Made by a program: the position numbers and the translations under genes. From Mustelus asterias (taxonomy: Eukaryota), in assembly GCF_964213995.1 (NCBI RefSeq), contig NW_027590119.1, positions 1,612,001 to 1,676,000 of the forward strand: a stretch of DNA of 64,000 nt, in the 5' to 3' direction. The stretch's first letter is position 1. Each line of letters opens with the position of its first letter. Below are positions 36,815 to 49,260 of the stretch, piece by piece. The notes beneath the pieces are model-generated. The model had not been told where the DNA came from. It saw only the letters and a program-made list of their open reading frames with translations, and made no database searches.

Positions 36815-36978
36815 ACGCAGGCGCAGAGAGCGCTGCTGAGCCGAGCTGTCCGGAGCAGGCGCAGAGAGCGCTGCTCAGCCGAGCTGTCCGGAGCAGGCGC
36901 AGAGAGCGCTGCTGAGCCGAGCTGTCCGGGGCAGGCGCAGAGAGCGCTGCTGAGCCGAGCTGTCCGGAGCAGGCGCAG
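36815..36978. repeat. 38-bp GC-rich tandem repeat x~4
   Basis: Repeated gcaggcgcagagagcgctgctgagccgagctgtccgga. Confidence 0.95.
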
Positions 36979-37099
36979 TGCGGCTGCCACCAGCGGTCGC
37001 TCTCGATCTCTTTTTGGAGCAGCAGCCGCCGTAGAAAGAGGGGGGAGGGGGAGATCACCGAGCGGCTTCTCGCTCTGGCCGGAGCCGCCAGCCGGTTGC

Positions 37100-37480
37100 C
37101 CGGAAACCTTGGCTCGAGGAGGTGTAGGGGGAGGGGAACAATAGGTGGGGGCGGGACTCCCGTGTCCGCGCGCCCAGGCCTGCGCACTGGAACCCGAGGA
37201 TGTCACTGCCGGTGCAGACTGATTCCTATTGGCTGATATAGGCAGGCCTCCATTGACGTCACAATGCAAAAGTTTGTTGATGATTTTCAGAGTGAAACTT
37301 CCTCCTCTGGACAACATCTGGGAGGAAATCAATGTTTCCCCCTTTCCATTTCTTTTCTCATTCTGGGGGAAATTGGGGACTTGCAGCAACTGAAGGGAGA
37401 GGAAGTGAATTTAGGGAGGCTGCAGACTGGAACTATTACAGACGAACATCGGGCATTAGGAGCAGGACGAGACCCAGGTA
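37100..37480. promoter_or_regulatory. Bidirectional promoter of ZNF genes 35039(-) and 38652(+)
   Basis: GGGGCGGGAC at 37148, ATTGG at 37228, TGACGTCA at 37254; + strand donor CAG|GTATAT at ~37477. Confidence 0.7.
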
Positions 37481-38651
37481 TATTTTTCTTTCTCTCTCAA
37501 AGATATTGACATCTTTTGACTCCCTCAGGATGTCGCACCTATTTATCTGGCTAATAGGATAGCCTCTTACCTAATGTTCACAATTAAAGGGGGAGTTTTC
37601 CCAGGAGAAGGCTGTTTAAATGAACAGTAAATTCGCTTGGGACAGAGATATGTTTAATGTAGTTATATGGTACGTGCTATGTTATTTATGATTCCCTATT
37701 TCTTGTCTTGATATATAAAAGGCACTGTGTCAACGTTACCCTATTTCCACTGATGGAGACATTACAACATAGAAGGAATCCATTTGGCAACTCAAATCCA
37801 TGCCAACCCTCTTTGGAGCAATTCAGCCAGTCCCATTCCCCCTCTATATTCCCATTCCCCTGAGTTTCACATCACAATGGAACGGATGAGAATTCCAGAT
37901 GAGCTGAGTTTGGGTGGAGCCGGGCGATGTCACTGAGATGGAAATAGTGATGATGATGTGGACATGTGGCTGGAACCTCATCTTGGGGTGAAATATTTCA
38001 CCGGGGTTGTGAACAGCCTGGTTCAGGTCAGACATGTTGCCAGCAAGAGGGATAGAGTTGTTGGCGAGCAAGTGGAGCTTGGAGAGGGGACTGAAGACAG
38101 TGGGTTCAGTCTTCCCAGTATTTATATGAAATAAATTTCTGTTCGTTTAGTACTGGAAGTCAGATAAGTCAGGAAGGTGTGTGGGTTGGAGGAACTCGGA
38201 GGTGATGGTGTTTATATCCATCTGCTATCTTGGTGGAGTTGAGGGTTTGTGAGATTCTGTCAAAGTTCTTGTCAAGTTGTAGATGTATAAAATCCCTTGC
38301 CTTCACCTCAGCCACTCCTACTTCTCTCTATCTCCTCCCAAAGTCCTGTGTAGACCCAGGCTGTGTGGCAGGTTTCATTCCCTGAAGGACAATCAGCGAA
38401 CCAGTTGGGTTTGTGTGACAATCCAGCTGCTTTCCTCACGGCAGCTCCACAAATTACCAGATGCATTCAGCTCAATTTCACAACCCACCGTTGTGTTTTT
38501 GTGGGTTCTTTCTCACTCACTTTTTTCTGTTTTAAATCAATTTCACAGGGGTTTACAAGAGGAAGATTTGCAGTTGAGAAACTGAAACAAAATATGATAT
38601 CAGAACCTGATGGAGTCGGTCAATTTATTGTAACCTGAATATCATTGTATT

Positions 38652-39620
38652 TTGAAATTGGAAGAAAAAAGCACCACTCACAGTGGGGAGAAACTGTACA
38701 TGTGTTCTGTTTGTGGACAAGACTTCAACCAATCATCTGGCCTTTGGGAACATAATTGCAGTCACAACAGGGAGATGGCATGGAAGTGTGAGGATTGTGG
38801 GAAGGAATTCAATTACCCATCCCTGCTGGAAACTCATCGACGCAGTCACACTGGGGAGAGGCCATTCACCTGCTCCCAGTGTGGGAAGGGATTCACTCAG
38901 TTATCCAGCTTACATATACACCAGAGGACTCATGCTGAGGAGAGGCCGTTCACCTGCTCCCAATGTGGGAAGGGATTCAATCAGTCATCCAACTTAGCAA
39001 TACACCAGCGTGTTCACACTGGGGAGAAACCGTTCAGCTGCTCTGACTGTGGGAAGGGATTTTCTCACTCATCCACTCTGCTGATACACCAGCGAACTCA
39101 CACTCAGGAGAGGCCATTCACTTGCTCCCAGTGTGGGAAGGGATTTGCTGACTCGTCTACTTTGTTGAAACACCAGCGAGTTCACACTGGGGAGAGGCCA
39201 TTCACCTGTTCCCAGTGTGGAAAGGGATTTGCTCAGTCAGCCACCTTGTTCACACACCAGCGAATTCACACTGGGGAGAGGCCATTCACCTGCTCTGTGT
39301 GTGGGAAAGGATTCAGTCGGTCATCAACTCTGCTGACACACCAGCGAGTTCACACTGGGGAGAAACCATTCATCTGCTCTGTGTGTGGGAAAGGCTTCAA
39401 TCACTCATCCAACCTCGCAACACATGAGCGAATCCACACAGAGGAGAGGCCATTCATCTGCTCTGTGTGTGAGAAGGGATTCAATCAGTCGTCTAAACTA
39501 GCAATACATCAGCGGGTTCACACTGGGGAGAGGCCATTCACCTGCTTGCAGTGTGGGAAGGGATACGTTACCTCATCGAATCTTCTGACGCACCAGCGAA
39601 TTCACAACGAACTATTGTGA
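38652..39620 (+). CDS. C2H2 zinc-finger protein, 11 fingers (start uncertain: TTG 38652, ATG 38700 or ATG 38775)
   Basis: 322-codon open frame of tandem fingers; acceptor tttcacag at ~38548. Confidence 0.9.
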   Translation: MKLEEKSTTHSGEKLYMCSVCGQDFNQSSGLWEHNCSHNREMAWKCEDCGKEFNYPSLLETHRRSHTGERPFTCSQCGKGFTQLSSLHIHQRTHAEERPFTCSQCGKGFNQSSNLAIHQRVHTGEKPFSCSDCGKGFSHSSTLLIHQRTHTQERPFTCSQCGKGFADSSTLLKHQRVHTGERPFTCSQCGKGFAQSATLFTHQRIHTGERPFTCSVCGKGFSRSSTLLTHQRVHTGEKPFICSVCGKGFNHSSNLATHERIHTEERPFICSVCEKGFNQSSKLAIHQRVHTGERPFTCLQCGKGYVTSSNLLTHQRIHNELL

Positions 39621-40114
39621 TTGGATTTAAAATTAGGGAGAAACCATGAAAATGTACAGACTGTGAGGAGAGTTTCAGATACCTGTCAGAGCTGTTTGAA
39701 GATGGAGGGTTTCTACAGGCTGCTCTAAGACTTGTCTTCTCTCTGAAAGCTTCAGGAGTCTATACTCATTATAGCAAGTATATTTATGGTCTCTAACTGT
39801 AACTGAAGTGGGATCTACATCTCTGAGGAATGTTGCATATTTGGAACTGAAATTGTGCTAAATTAAAAATTAAAGTTGTTTCCTTTCACTGTTAAATATT
39901 GTTCAACTGTTAATAGTTAAGCTGCTTCATTTTTTGGAATTATATTTAAGCTGTTATTAAATAAAGTTTGTTTGACCATGAAAGATTCCTAATTTGTCAG
40001 TGGAATTACTCCTGGAGTGAAGCCTCCTATCCTCACATTTATGCCAAAATAGAAAACTTTGTTTTGGATCTAATCTGGCTTCTGAACATAATTTATGGGT
40101 TCTGGTCCAGGACA

Positions 40115-40390
40115 CTTTTGGAAGGGATTCACTCTATAATCTCCCCTCCAACCATCCCCGCTTCACACTGGGGAGAGACCTTTTGAATGCCCAGACTGTG
40201 AGAACTGCTATAAAAGCTATGGAAAACTGATGTGTCATCAACGTGTTCACACTGATGAGAGACCATTCAGCTGCTTTTACTGTGAGACGGGGTTCAGGGA
40301 ATCATTTCAACTCCCTGTACACCAGCGAGTTCACACTGGGGAGAGGCTATTCACCAGCTCTGAGTTTGGGAAGAGATTCACTCAGTTTTG
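40115..40390 (+). pseudogene. Decayed zinc-finger repeats downstream of the 11-finger gene
   Basis: cacactggggagagacc linkers with frameshifts; separated from relic fingers at 39630-39690 by an unrelated ~420-bp insert. Confidence 0.7.
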
Positions 40391-41658
40391 AGGTTCGATT
40401 TCCAGTATCTACAGTACCTTATTTTGATCTGATTTTTTGTTTGATTTATTATTGTTGCATGTATTGGGATACAGTGAACAGTATTGTTTCTTGCGCACCA
40501 TACAGACAAAACCTACCGTTCCAGCATTTTCTGTTTTAGTTCCTTTTGAAGGGTTCCCCCTCTCTCCTCCATCCTCACCGACAACAACAAGTCTGAGGAG
40601 CTCATGGAGCTCCTTTGTCACTAAAATGGAGACAACCTGATCAGCTGCCTCTGCTGTTTCCCTCCCTTCCACTGGGTCAAACTGTGTCTAACAATTTTCC
40701 CAAGCTTAAACTCATCTTTCTTTAGTTTCTCTCTGTCAAGCAGTTGATTTAGTAATCTATATTTGTATTATTGGATATTAGAAATAAGGTATAGATTTAA
40801 GTGAGTTTAATTCGGTGTTTCTGTGTACAGAAGGGTTAAAACTTTCATAGATTAATGTTAAATAAAGGTGTTTGCATGTATGAGGTTTTGGTTTCATTTC
40901 AAACTGTGCCCATATTCTGTTTAGAGAATTTACAATGTGAAAACACACAAGCGTAAAGAAAGATTAGGTTGTTACTTGGCAACCAGTGGCCATTTTGGGT
41001 TCGAAAGAATTTCTGAGTTAGCTGAAGAGGAAACTGCCAGAAACATGAGGCACAACAATGGAGTAAGGGCAAGAAAGAAAGTCCCAGAAGTTTAAGAACA
41101 GATAGTTCTAGAAAAAAGTCTGAGGAAAACTGAAGTCAAAGGGAATCTGAACAAGATACTGTTCCCTGAAGTTAAAGAAAGGGGCAAAGAGTGGTTTCCA
41201 GATAAAGGCAACACACATGGTGACGTTGGCTGGTGAAAAGCCAGACTCTGAAGTAATCCTAAGGTTGGGGACTTTGGTACCACCTGTGAAACAGTAGTGT
41301 TCTGTTGGCATGGCTGGGTACCTGAGAGATTACGTGGAAGCTTGAATGCATGTGATAATCTAAGGCAGAAGAATAGTGAAAGGAGAGATTGAAATCCTGG
41401 AAGTGGATCCTTGCTGAAAAGATCTGAGAGAGCGCATTGTTTGGGAGAACATTTTCGAGAGTGGATCTGGTTGATGAACATTTCTGTGCACCAATTTCAA
41501 TGACAATGTTACAATTCGTGATGTTACACATGACAGAATCTCAGTGTGATTACTCAGCATCAGGTTATACTCTGAACCGGTGCAGTGCAAATGTTGGAAC
41601 TTACTGATCAGGAACCGGTCAGAGATTACATTGAATCACAGAGAATTCTCTCATTCTT

Positions 41659-41972
41659 GGGCGACACGGTGACACAGTGGTGAGCACTGCTGACTCACAG
41701 TGCCAGGGTCCCGGGTTCGAATCCCGGCTTGGGTCACTGTCTGTGTGGAGTTTGCACATTCTCCCCGTGTCTGCGTGGGTTTCCTCCGGTTTCCTTCTCC
41801 AGTCCAAAGATGTGTGGGTTAGGTGGATTGGCCATGCTAAATTGCCCTGAGTGTCAGGGGGGCTAGCTAGGGTAAATGCATGAGGTGATGGGGAGAGGGC
41901 CTGCGTGGGATTGTGGTCGGTGCAGACTCAATGGGCCGAATGGCCTCCTTCTACACTGTAGGGATTCTATGA
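41659..41972 (+). mobile_element. Full-length HE1/V-SINE-type SINE
   Basis: tRNA head with GGGTTCGAATCCC, V-like core, CR1-like tail. Confidence 0.9.
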
Positions 41973-43484
41973 ATATCCAGACCAGAAAGACATTGTTCGG
42001 TTTAACTAGTCTGTGCTGGGGTTTATATTTCACACAAGACACCTCCCATTCCATCTCCCTCATTTCAGCCTTTCAGCTCATCTTTCTAATCTCCTTTCCC
42101 TCATGTACTCATCCCATTTTCTTTTTAAACTATGAGTTGTCCAGCTAGTTCCTGTGGCAGTGAATTTCACATTGTGATCAATCTCTGAGTATAGATGGTG
42201 AGTGACTTGGAGGGAAACGTGCAGGTGATGATGTTCCCATGCATTTGCTGCCCTTCTCCAAGGGGCTAGAGGTTGCGGGTTTGCAACATGCTGTCAAAGA
42301 AGCCTTGGTGAGTGCTTGCAGTGCATCTTGTAGGTGGTACACACAGCTGCCATGTGAGTCAGTGTTGGAGGGACTAGATGTTTGTCGAAGGATTGCCAAT
42401 CAAGCTGCTTTGTCTTGGATGGTGTTGAGCTTCCCGAGTTGTTGGAGCTGCACTAATTCAGAAAATTGGAGCTTATTCAATTGGACACAAGAGTTGTGCC
42501 TTGTAGATGCTGGACTTTGGGGAGAAGGATTAAACAGACCTTTTAATGGAAAATTCACCTGATCTAGCCCAGATACCACGAGGAGATGGAAATGGGATGT
42601 GCTATGATTCTCAATTGAAACCCGACCCAACTGAAAAGGTGAACATTGAAGAGTTGAACACGGAGGGAGGGATGTCTGTTAGTGTTCTTCAGCAGTGGAA
42701 GTGGGGATCGGGATTGTGCTGGAAGAACAGGAGTGATGGTGAAATGAGTCAGCAAATAGGGAACGGTTATTTAACCACCAGCTCAGGTTACTGAAGCCTG
42801 AATGTTGTGGGAGAGAAAAGGTGAGAGTGTTGCAGAGTTTAAAGTGGAACAGGAGAGTTTTAAGCTGGTGGAGTCAGTGAAATCTGAGTCTCGGTTTTGT
42901 CTGCTGTCATTTCATGGAGGCCCCGTTTTGCTGAAACCAATCGAGAAAACGCTGGAAAATCTCAGCAAGTCTGGCAGCATCTGTCAGGAGAGAAAAGAGC
43001 TGATGTTTCGAGTCTGGATGACCCTTTGTCAAACCCTTTTCTCTTTTGGTTTCAGATTCCAGCATCCGCAGTCATTTGCTTTTATCCCATTTTGCTGAAA
43101 CTCTTTATTTCCACAGTTACAGAATCAGTGAAAAGACATGACACATTCTTCACAGCAGCATCAAACTCACACTGACTGTTTCCTCACTCACCTCGAGGTT
43201 ATCGATTCACCTCCGGCCTCTTCGGTTCACTCCTGCTTCGGGTGTGGTCTCAGAATGGGGAGGGGGAGGATTAGTGACCACCTCCCCTCACCCCCCTCCC
43301 GCCCACAAACACACACAAAGAGGAACGACTCAAACACAATCATTAAATAAAGCGAACACACGCACGCACACACCAAACGTGTATGTGCTCGCACACAGGT
43401 ACACACACACACACATGAACTGAAATGCGTGTACACCCACACAGACACACACTCACTCATAGACACAAGCGTGCCTGCTCACAG

Positions 43485-44150
43485 ACAAAATCGTAGGATT
43501 CCTACAGTGCTGAAGAGACCATTCAGCCCTTTGAGTCTGCACTGACTCTCTGACAGAGCATCTTACCCAGGCCCTATTCCCGTTACCCCATATATTTACC
43601 CCACTAATCACCCTGATCGACATATTTTGTGACATAAAGCAGCAATTTAGCATGGTCAATCCACCTAACCAGCACATATTGAAGTTTGGGAGGAAACCAG
43701 AGCCTCCGGAAGAAACCCACGCAGACACGGGGAGAACGTGCCAACTCCACACAGACACAGGGGCGGCACAATGGGGAGCACTGCTGCCTCACAGCACCAG
43801 GGACCTGGGTTCAAATCAAGCTTCAGGTTGTGTGAAGTTTGTGCATTCTCCCCGTGTCTGTGAGAGTTTCCTCCAGTTGCTCCGGTTTCCACCCTCACTC
43901 CAAAGACGTGTGATTGAGGTGGATTGGCCGTGCTAAATTGCCCCTTAGTGTTGGGGATATGATCAGTGTAAATACGTGGGGTTATGGGGATAGGGCCTGG
44001 GTGGGATTGTTGTTGGTGCAGGCTCGGTGGGCCGATTGGTCTCTTTCTGCATTGTAGGGATTCTATGATTTATCCAAGGCTGGAATCGAACCCAGGGCCC
44101 TGGCGCTGTGAGGCAGCAGTGCTAACCACCGTGCCACCATGCTGCCCAGG
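43485..44150. mobile_element. Nested HE1-type SINEs (a + copy at 43760-44070 inside a - copy)
   Basis: The minus copy is broken at 43760 and resumes at ~44073. Confidence 0.8.
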
Positions 44151-45179
44151 TGGGCACACAGACAGCTGCACACACTACACTGTCAATCACCTGCCTCCAG
44201 CTGTCAGTGCTGAGGAAGTGAAACCAAGCTCCCCCCCTCCTCACTCACTGCTGTGTCAGGTGGATAGTAAAATCCCACCGCCATTACTGGATGGAGTGAA
44301 GGAGAGCTCCCGCTGGTTTCCGAGGGCCGATCTTTATCCTTCAAACAGCCTAACATTTGGTGGTTATCCGACAGTTTGTGGGATGTGCTGTGTGCAGTGC
44401 CTGCCGGGTTTCCCAGGTGAACAGCAGTGACTGTGTTTCGGAAACAGGAAGCTGCCGTGTTGATTCAGAGCGCTCTGGAACAGCCCAGAACAAGCACAGG
44501 AGCTATATCATTCCCTCCTTTCGATGTTCCCTCCTGCCATTCTGTAGGAAGAGATGGTGACTGCACAGCAAGATCCCACAAGGCACGATGCAACACACAG
44601 CCAGGAAACTTAATTTCAGAGACGGTTTGAGGGACCCCTGGGAGAACCTGTTACAGCAGCTTGAATCTCAGGAACAGGTTACACAAACCTGTGACCTTCT
44701 GACCTGGGTGAGAGAGAGAATGAGAGGCACCAAGATAAGCTGGGAATGACTGATCCAGGAACCTCCAGTCCCATCGTCAACTCCCAACAGGTCCCTTATC
44801 CGAGGCTCAGCAAAGGGGGTCAACATGATAAACAACTGAATACCCAGTGAAAAAATACACAGTCCCTGCTGTCAATATCTCCGGCCATTCCACATCGGTC
44901 ACAGGTACACGGGCCAATGCCTATCTCTGTGTGCGTGGGGGGCAGTGAAGGGAGGATATGTTACCTACAGAAAGCCTGGTCCCAGGTTAGCCAGACGGCA
45001 GCAGGTTGTGTCCGGTGTCGATCGTCCTCGGGCCGTGTCTCAGTGAGCGACAGGAGAGTGGGACCATCACAGGACCAGGCCCCGCCTGTGTACTCCACTC
45101 TCTGTGTGAAAGGAGAAGGTGGTAAGAATCAGAGTGGGAATAGCTTCTGTCGAGCCTGCTCCACTATTCATCATCAACC

Positions 45180-45785
45180 TCATCTCCACTTTCCCCGCAC
45201 TCCTCCCCATCCCTCAATTCCCAAAGGTATCTCCACCTCCCCCGCACTCCTCAATTCCCAAAGATATCTCCACTTTCCCCGCACTCCTCCCCATGCCTCA
45301 ATTCCCAAAGATATCCCCACTTTCCCCACACTCAATTCCCAAAGATATCCCCACTTTCCCTGCAGTCTTCCCTCATCCCATAATTCCCAAAGATATCCCC
45401 ACTTTCCCCGCACTCCTCCCCATTCTTCAATTCCCAAAGATATCTCCACTTTCCCTGCAGTCTTCCCTCATCCCATAATTCCCAAAGATATCTCCACTTT
45501 CCCCGCACTCCTCCCCATCCCTCAATTCCCAAAGATATCCTCACTTTCCCCACACTCTTCCCCATAGATATCTCCACTTTCCGCACACTCTTCCCCATAG
45601 ATATCCCCACTTTCCCCGCACTCCTCCCCATTCTTCAATTCCCAAAGATATCCCCACTTTCCCCACACTCTTCCTCCTATCTCTCAATTCCCAAAGATAT
45701 CCCCACTTTCCCCACACTCTTCCTCCTATCTCTCAATTCCCAAAGATATCCCCACTTTCCCTGCACTCCTCCCCCATCCCTCATT
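45180..45785. repeat. ~47-bp C-rich minisatellite in EMC4 intron 4
   Basis: Repeated attcccaaagatatccccactttccccgcactcctcccc variants. Confidence 0.95.
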
Positions 45786-46339
45786 TGTTTTTGTTCAATT
45801 GTGGGATATGGGCGTCTCTGACTGGCCAGCATTTATTGCCCATCCCTAGTTGCCCAAGGGCTGTTGAGAGTCAACTACGTTGCTGTGGCTCTGGAGTCAC
45901 ATGCAGGCCAGACCAGGTAAGGGCGGCAGATTTCCTGTGGTTGACTCTCAATTGCCCTTCAAGAGCAACGAGGGATGGACAATAAATGCTGACCAGCCAG
46001 TGATGCCCATGTCCCACGAATGAATAAAAATAATTGGGCCCAATCTACTCAACCTCTCAGGCTCCACAGCCCTGAATGGTTTCCTCTTCCTATTTTCCTG
46101 GCTCCCCCTCACATACAGAGTGCGGATCTCACCTGGGGCGGCTGGATGAATGCCAGCCAGTCAGAGGCGTGTGTGGGCAGCAGCCCCATTGCCTGGCACT
46201 TGTAGATGGCCAGGGCCAACCCCAGCAGGTTGCCGATGAAGTAGATGAGACGCTGCAGCCAGTGCTGATTCGAATTCCCCAGGACCCTAAAGACTGAGAG
46301 CAAGAATGGAAAAGCAGGAAGTTCAGGAACAGGTGAGAA

Positions 46340-47730
46340 CCTTTCCTCATAACACAGCCTATCCATTGTAGGTATTAGTCTGGTAAACCGTCTCTGAACT
46401 GTCTCCAGCATACTTGCACACTTCCTTAAACAAGGTGACCAATACTGCACACAGTACTCCAGATGTGGTCTCACTAGTGACCTGTACAACTGAAGCATAA
46501 CCTCCCTAGTTCTGTATTTAATTCCCATCACAATGAATGATAACATTCTATTAGTTTTCCTAATTACTTGCTGTACCTGCATATTAGCCTTTTGTGATTT
46601 ATGCACTCGGACACCCAGATCTTGATCAATTGGGCCAGTGGGCTGACGAATGGCAGATGGAGTTTAATTTAGACAAATGCGAGGTGATGCATTTTGGTAG
46701 ATTGAACCAAGGCAGGACTTACTCAGTTAATGATAGGGCGTTGGGAAGAGTTACAGAACAAAGAGATCTAGGGGTACATGTTCATAGCTCCTTGAAAGTG
46801 GAGTCACAGGTGGACAGAGTGGTGAAGAAGGCATTTGGCCTGCTTGGTTTCATCGGTCAGAACATTGAATACAGGAGTTGGAATGTTTTGTTGAAGTTTT
46901 CCAAGACATTGGTAAGGCCACACTTGGAATACTGTGTGCAGTTCTGGTCACCCTATTATAGAAAGGAGATTATTAAACTAGAAAGAGTGCAGAAAAGATT
47001 TACTTGGATGCTACGGGGACTTGATGGATTGAGTTATAAGGAGAGGCTGGATAGACTGGGACGTTTTTCTCTGGAGCGTAGGAGGCTGAGGAGTGATCTT
47101 ATAAAGGCCTATAAAATAATGAGGGGCACAGATCAACTAGATAGTCAATACCTTTTCCCAAAGGTAGGGGAGTCTAAAACTAGAGGGCATAGGTTTAAGG
47201 TGAGAGGGGAGAGATACAAAAGTGTCCAGAGGGGCAATTTTTTCACACAGAGGGTGGTGAGTATCTGAAACAAGCTGCCAGAGGTAGTAGTCGAGGCAGG
47301 TACAATTTTGTCTTTTAAAAAGCATTTAGATAGTTACATGGGTACGATGGGTTTAGAGGGATATGGGCCAAATGCGGGCAATTGGGATTAGCGTAGGGGT
47401 TTTAAAAAAGGAAGGGTGGCATGGACAAGTTGGGCCTAAGGGCCTGTTTCCATGCTGTAAAGCTCTATGACTCTATCCCTCTGAATCTCTGAGCTCTGCA
47501 ATCTCTCACCATTTGGACAAAATGCTTCTTTTTCATTCTTCCTGCTGAAATGGACAATTTCACATTTGCCCACATTCTACTCCATTTGACAGATATTTGC
47601 CCACTCACTACCTTTCTATCTTTCTGTACTCTCTGTATGTCCTCTTCACAACTTACTTTCCCATCTATCTGTGTGTCATCGACAAATTTGCCAAACATCC
47701 CTTCATCCAGACATTTATATAAATTTCATT
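46340..47730. mobile_element. Young CR1 3' end (+ 46620-47470) nested in an older CR1 (-)
   Basis: Open 224-aa RT C-terminus on +; the minus-strand CR1 continues across the insert. Confidence 0.85.
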
Positions 47731-47754
47731 CCTTGCCTCAAATTTGATTCCTTT

Positions 47755-49260
47755 TCCACTATTTAGTTTAAAACCATCTCTAGTTTCCTAGTTATGGGGT
47801 TCGCAAGAACACCGGCCCCAGCACAGTTCAGATGTAGACTGTCCCAATGGTACAGATCTCACTTTACCCAGTACTGATGTCAGTGTCCCATGAACCAGAA
47901 CCCACCTCCCACACCAGTTAGGGCGGCACAGTGATTAGTACTGCTGCCTCACAACACCAGGGACTCGGTTCTATACTGGCTTAGAATCCCTACAGTTCAA
48001 AAGGAGGCCATTCAGCCCATCGCTTCTGCACCGACCATAACCCCACCCAGGCCCTATCCCTGTACCACCATGTATTTACTCTGTTAGTTCCCCTGACACT
48101 ATGGGACAACTTACCATAGCCAATCAATTTAACCCGCACATCTTTGGACTGTGGGAGGAAACCGGAGGACCTGGAGGAAACCCACGCAGATAGAGAGAGA
48201 ACATGCAAACTCCACACACACTCGAGGCCGGAATTGAACCTGGGTCCCTGGCGCTGTGAGGCAGCAGTGCTAACCACTGTGCCACCGTGCCGCCCCTTGG
48301 GTCACTATCTGTGCAGAGTTTGCACTTTCACCCCGTATCTGTGTGGGTTTTCTCCCACAGTCTGAAAGACCTGCTGGTTAGGTGCATTGGCCATGCTAAA
48401 TTCTCCCTCAGTGTACCCGAGGACGCACTGGAATGTGGCAACTAGGGGATTCTCACAGTAACTTCATTGCAGTGTTAATGTAAGCCTACTTGTGACACTA
48501 ATAAATAAACTTTGAAGCAGCCTTTCAGTCACGCATTGATCCCTCCGATCTGATCTGTCCTATACCTATTAGCATGTGGCTCAGGTAATAATTCAGAGAT
48601 TATAACCATTGAGGTTCTGCTTCTTAATTTGGTGCCTAAGTCCTCATACTGACACTGAAAACCTCCTTCTTTGTCTCTGTTGTTTGTACCTACATTGATG
48701 ATGACAACTGGAAACTCCCCCTCTCCAATGCAAGTTCCTCTCCAGCCCTGATCAGATGTCCTGAACACTGGCCCCAGACAGGCACCACAGCTGCCTTGAT
48801 TCACATTCTTTACTGCAGAGAATGAGCCAATCTCTCTGACTATACTGTCCCCATTATCACTGCATTCCTTTTTGCTCCCCTCACTAGAATGGCTTCTTGT
48901 ACCACAGTGCCATGGGTAATTGGTTCATCCATCCTGCAGCTCCCATTCATCCAAACAAGCTGAAAATACCTCAAACTGGCTGGACAATGGTAAAGGCTAA
49001 GGATCCTGTCTGTGAGTTCCCTTATCTGTCTCACTCAGTCACTCTCCTGTTGCTGACCCTGTGCCAAGAGGTGTGACTGCTCCCTGATACAAAGAATCCA
49101 GGTAACTTTCCCCCTCCCTGATGCATTGCAGTGTCTGTAGTTCAGCCTCCAGCTCATAAACTCTGAACCACAGCTGCTCGAACTTCACTTACTGCAGACA
49201 TGTTTGCCCTGGATCAAACTGACAGCCAGGAGCTCCCACACGCTGCAGCTGTGACAGATC
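47755..49260 (-). mobile_element. CR1 ORF1 region (zinc-finger/coiled-coil plus SGNH esterase) interrupted by nested SINEs (47920-48512)
   Basis: PVVIINVGTNN...VIISELLP motif; LEAELQTL..IREGESYLD. Confidence 0.7.

Noticed and set aside
36495-36978. CRISPR-like arrays
   Set aside because: Head-to-tail tandem repeats without unique spacers, in eukaryotic DNA with no cas genes
39690-41600. Additional solo LTRs at ~39690-40115 and ~40735-41600
   Set aside because: LTR-like composition, but no convincing TG..CA ends with TSD could be fixed by eye
42555-43260. Extra minus-strand exons (donor-like sites at ~42555 and ~43187)
   Set aside because: No recognisable protein and no clear acceptors; cannot be supported without transcript data
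44917-45631. Proline-rich 216-aa and related ORFs
   Set aside because: Translations of the minisatellite
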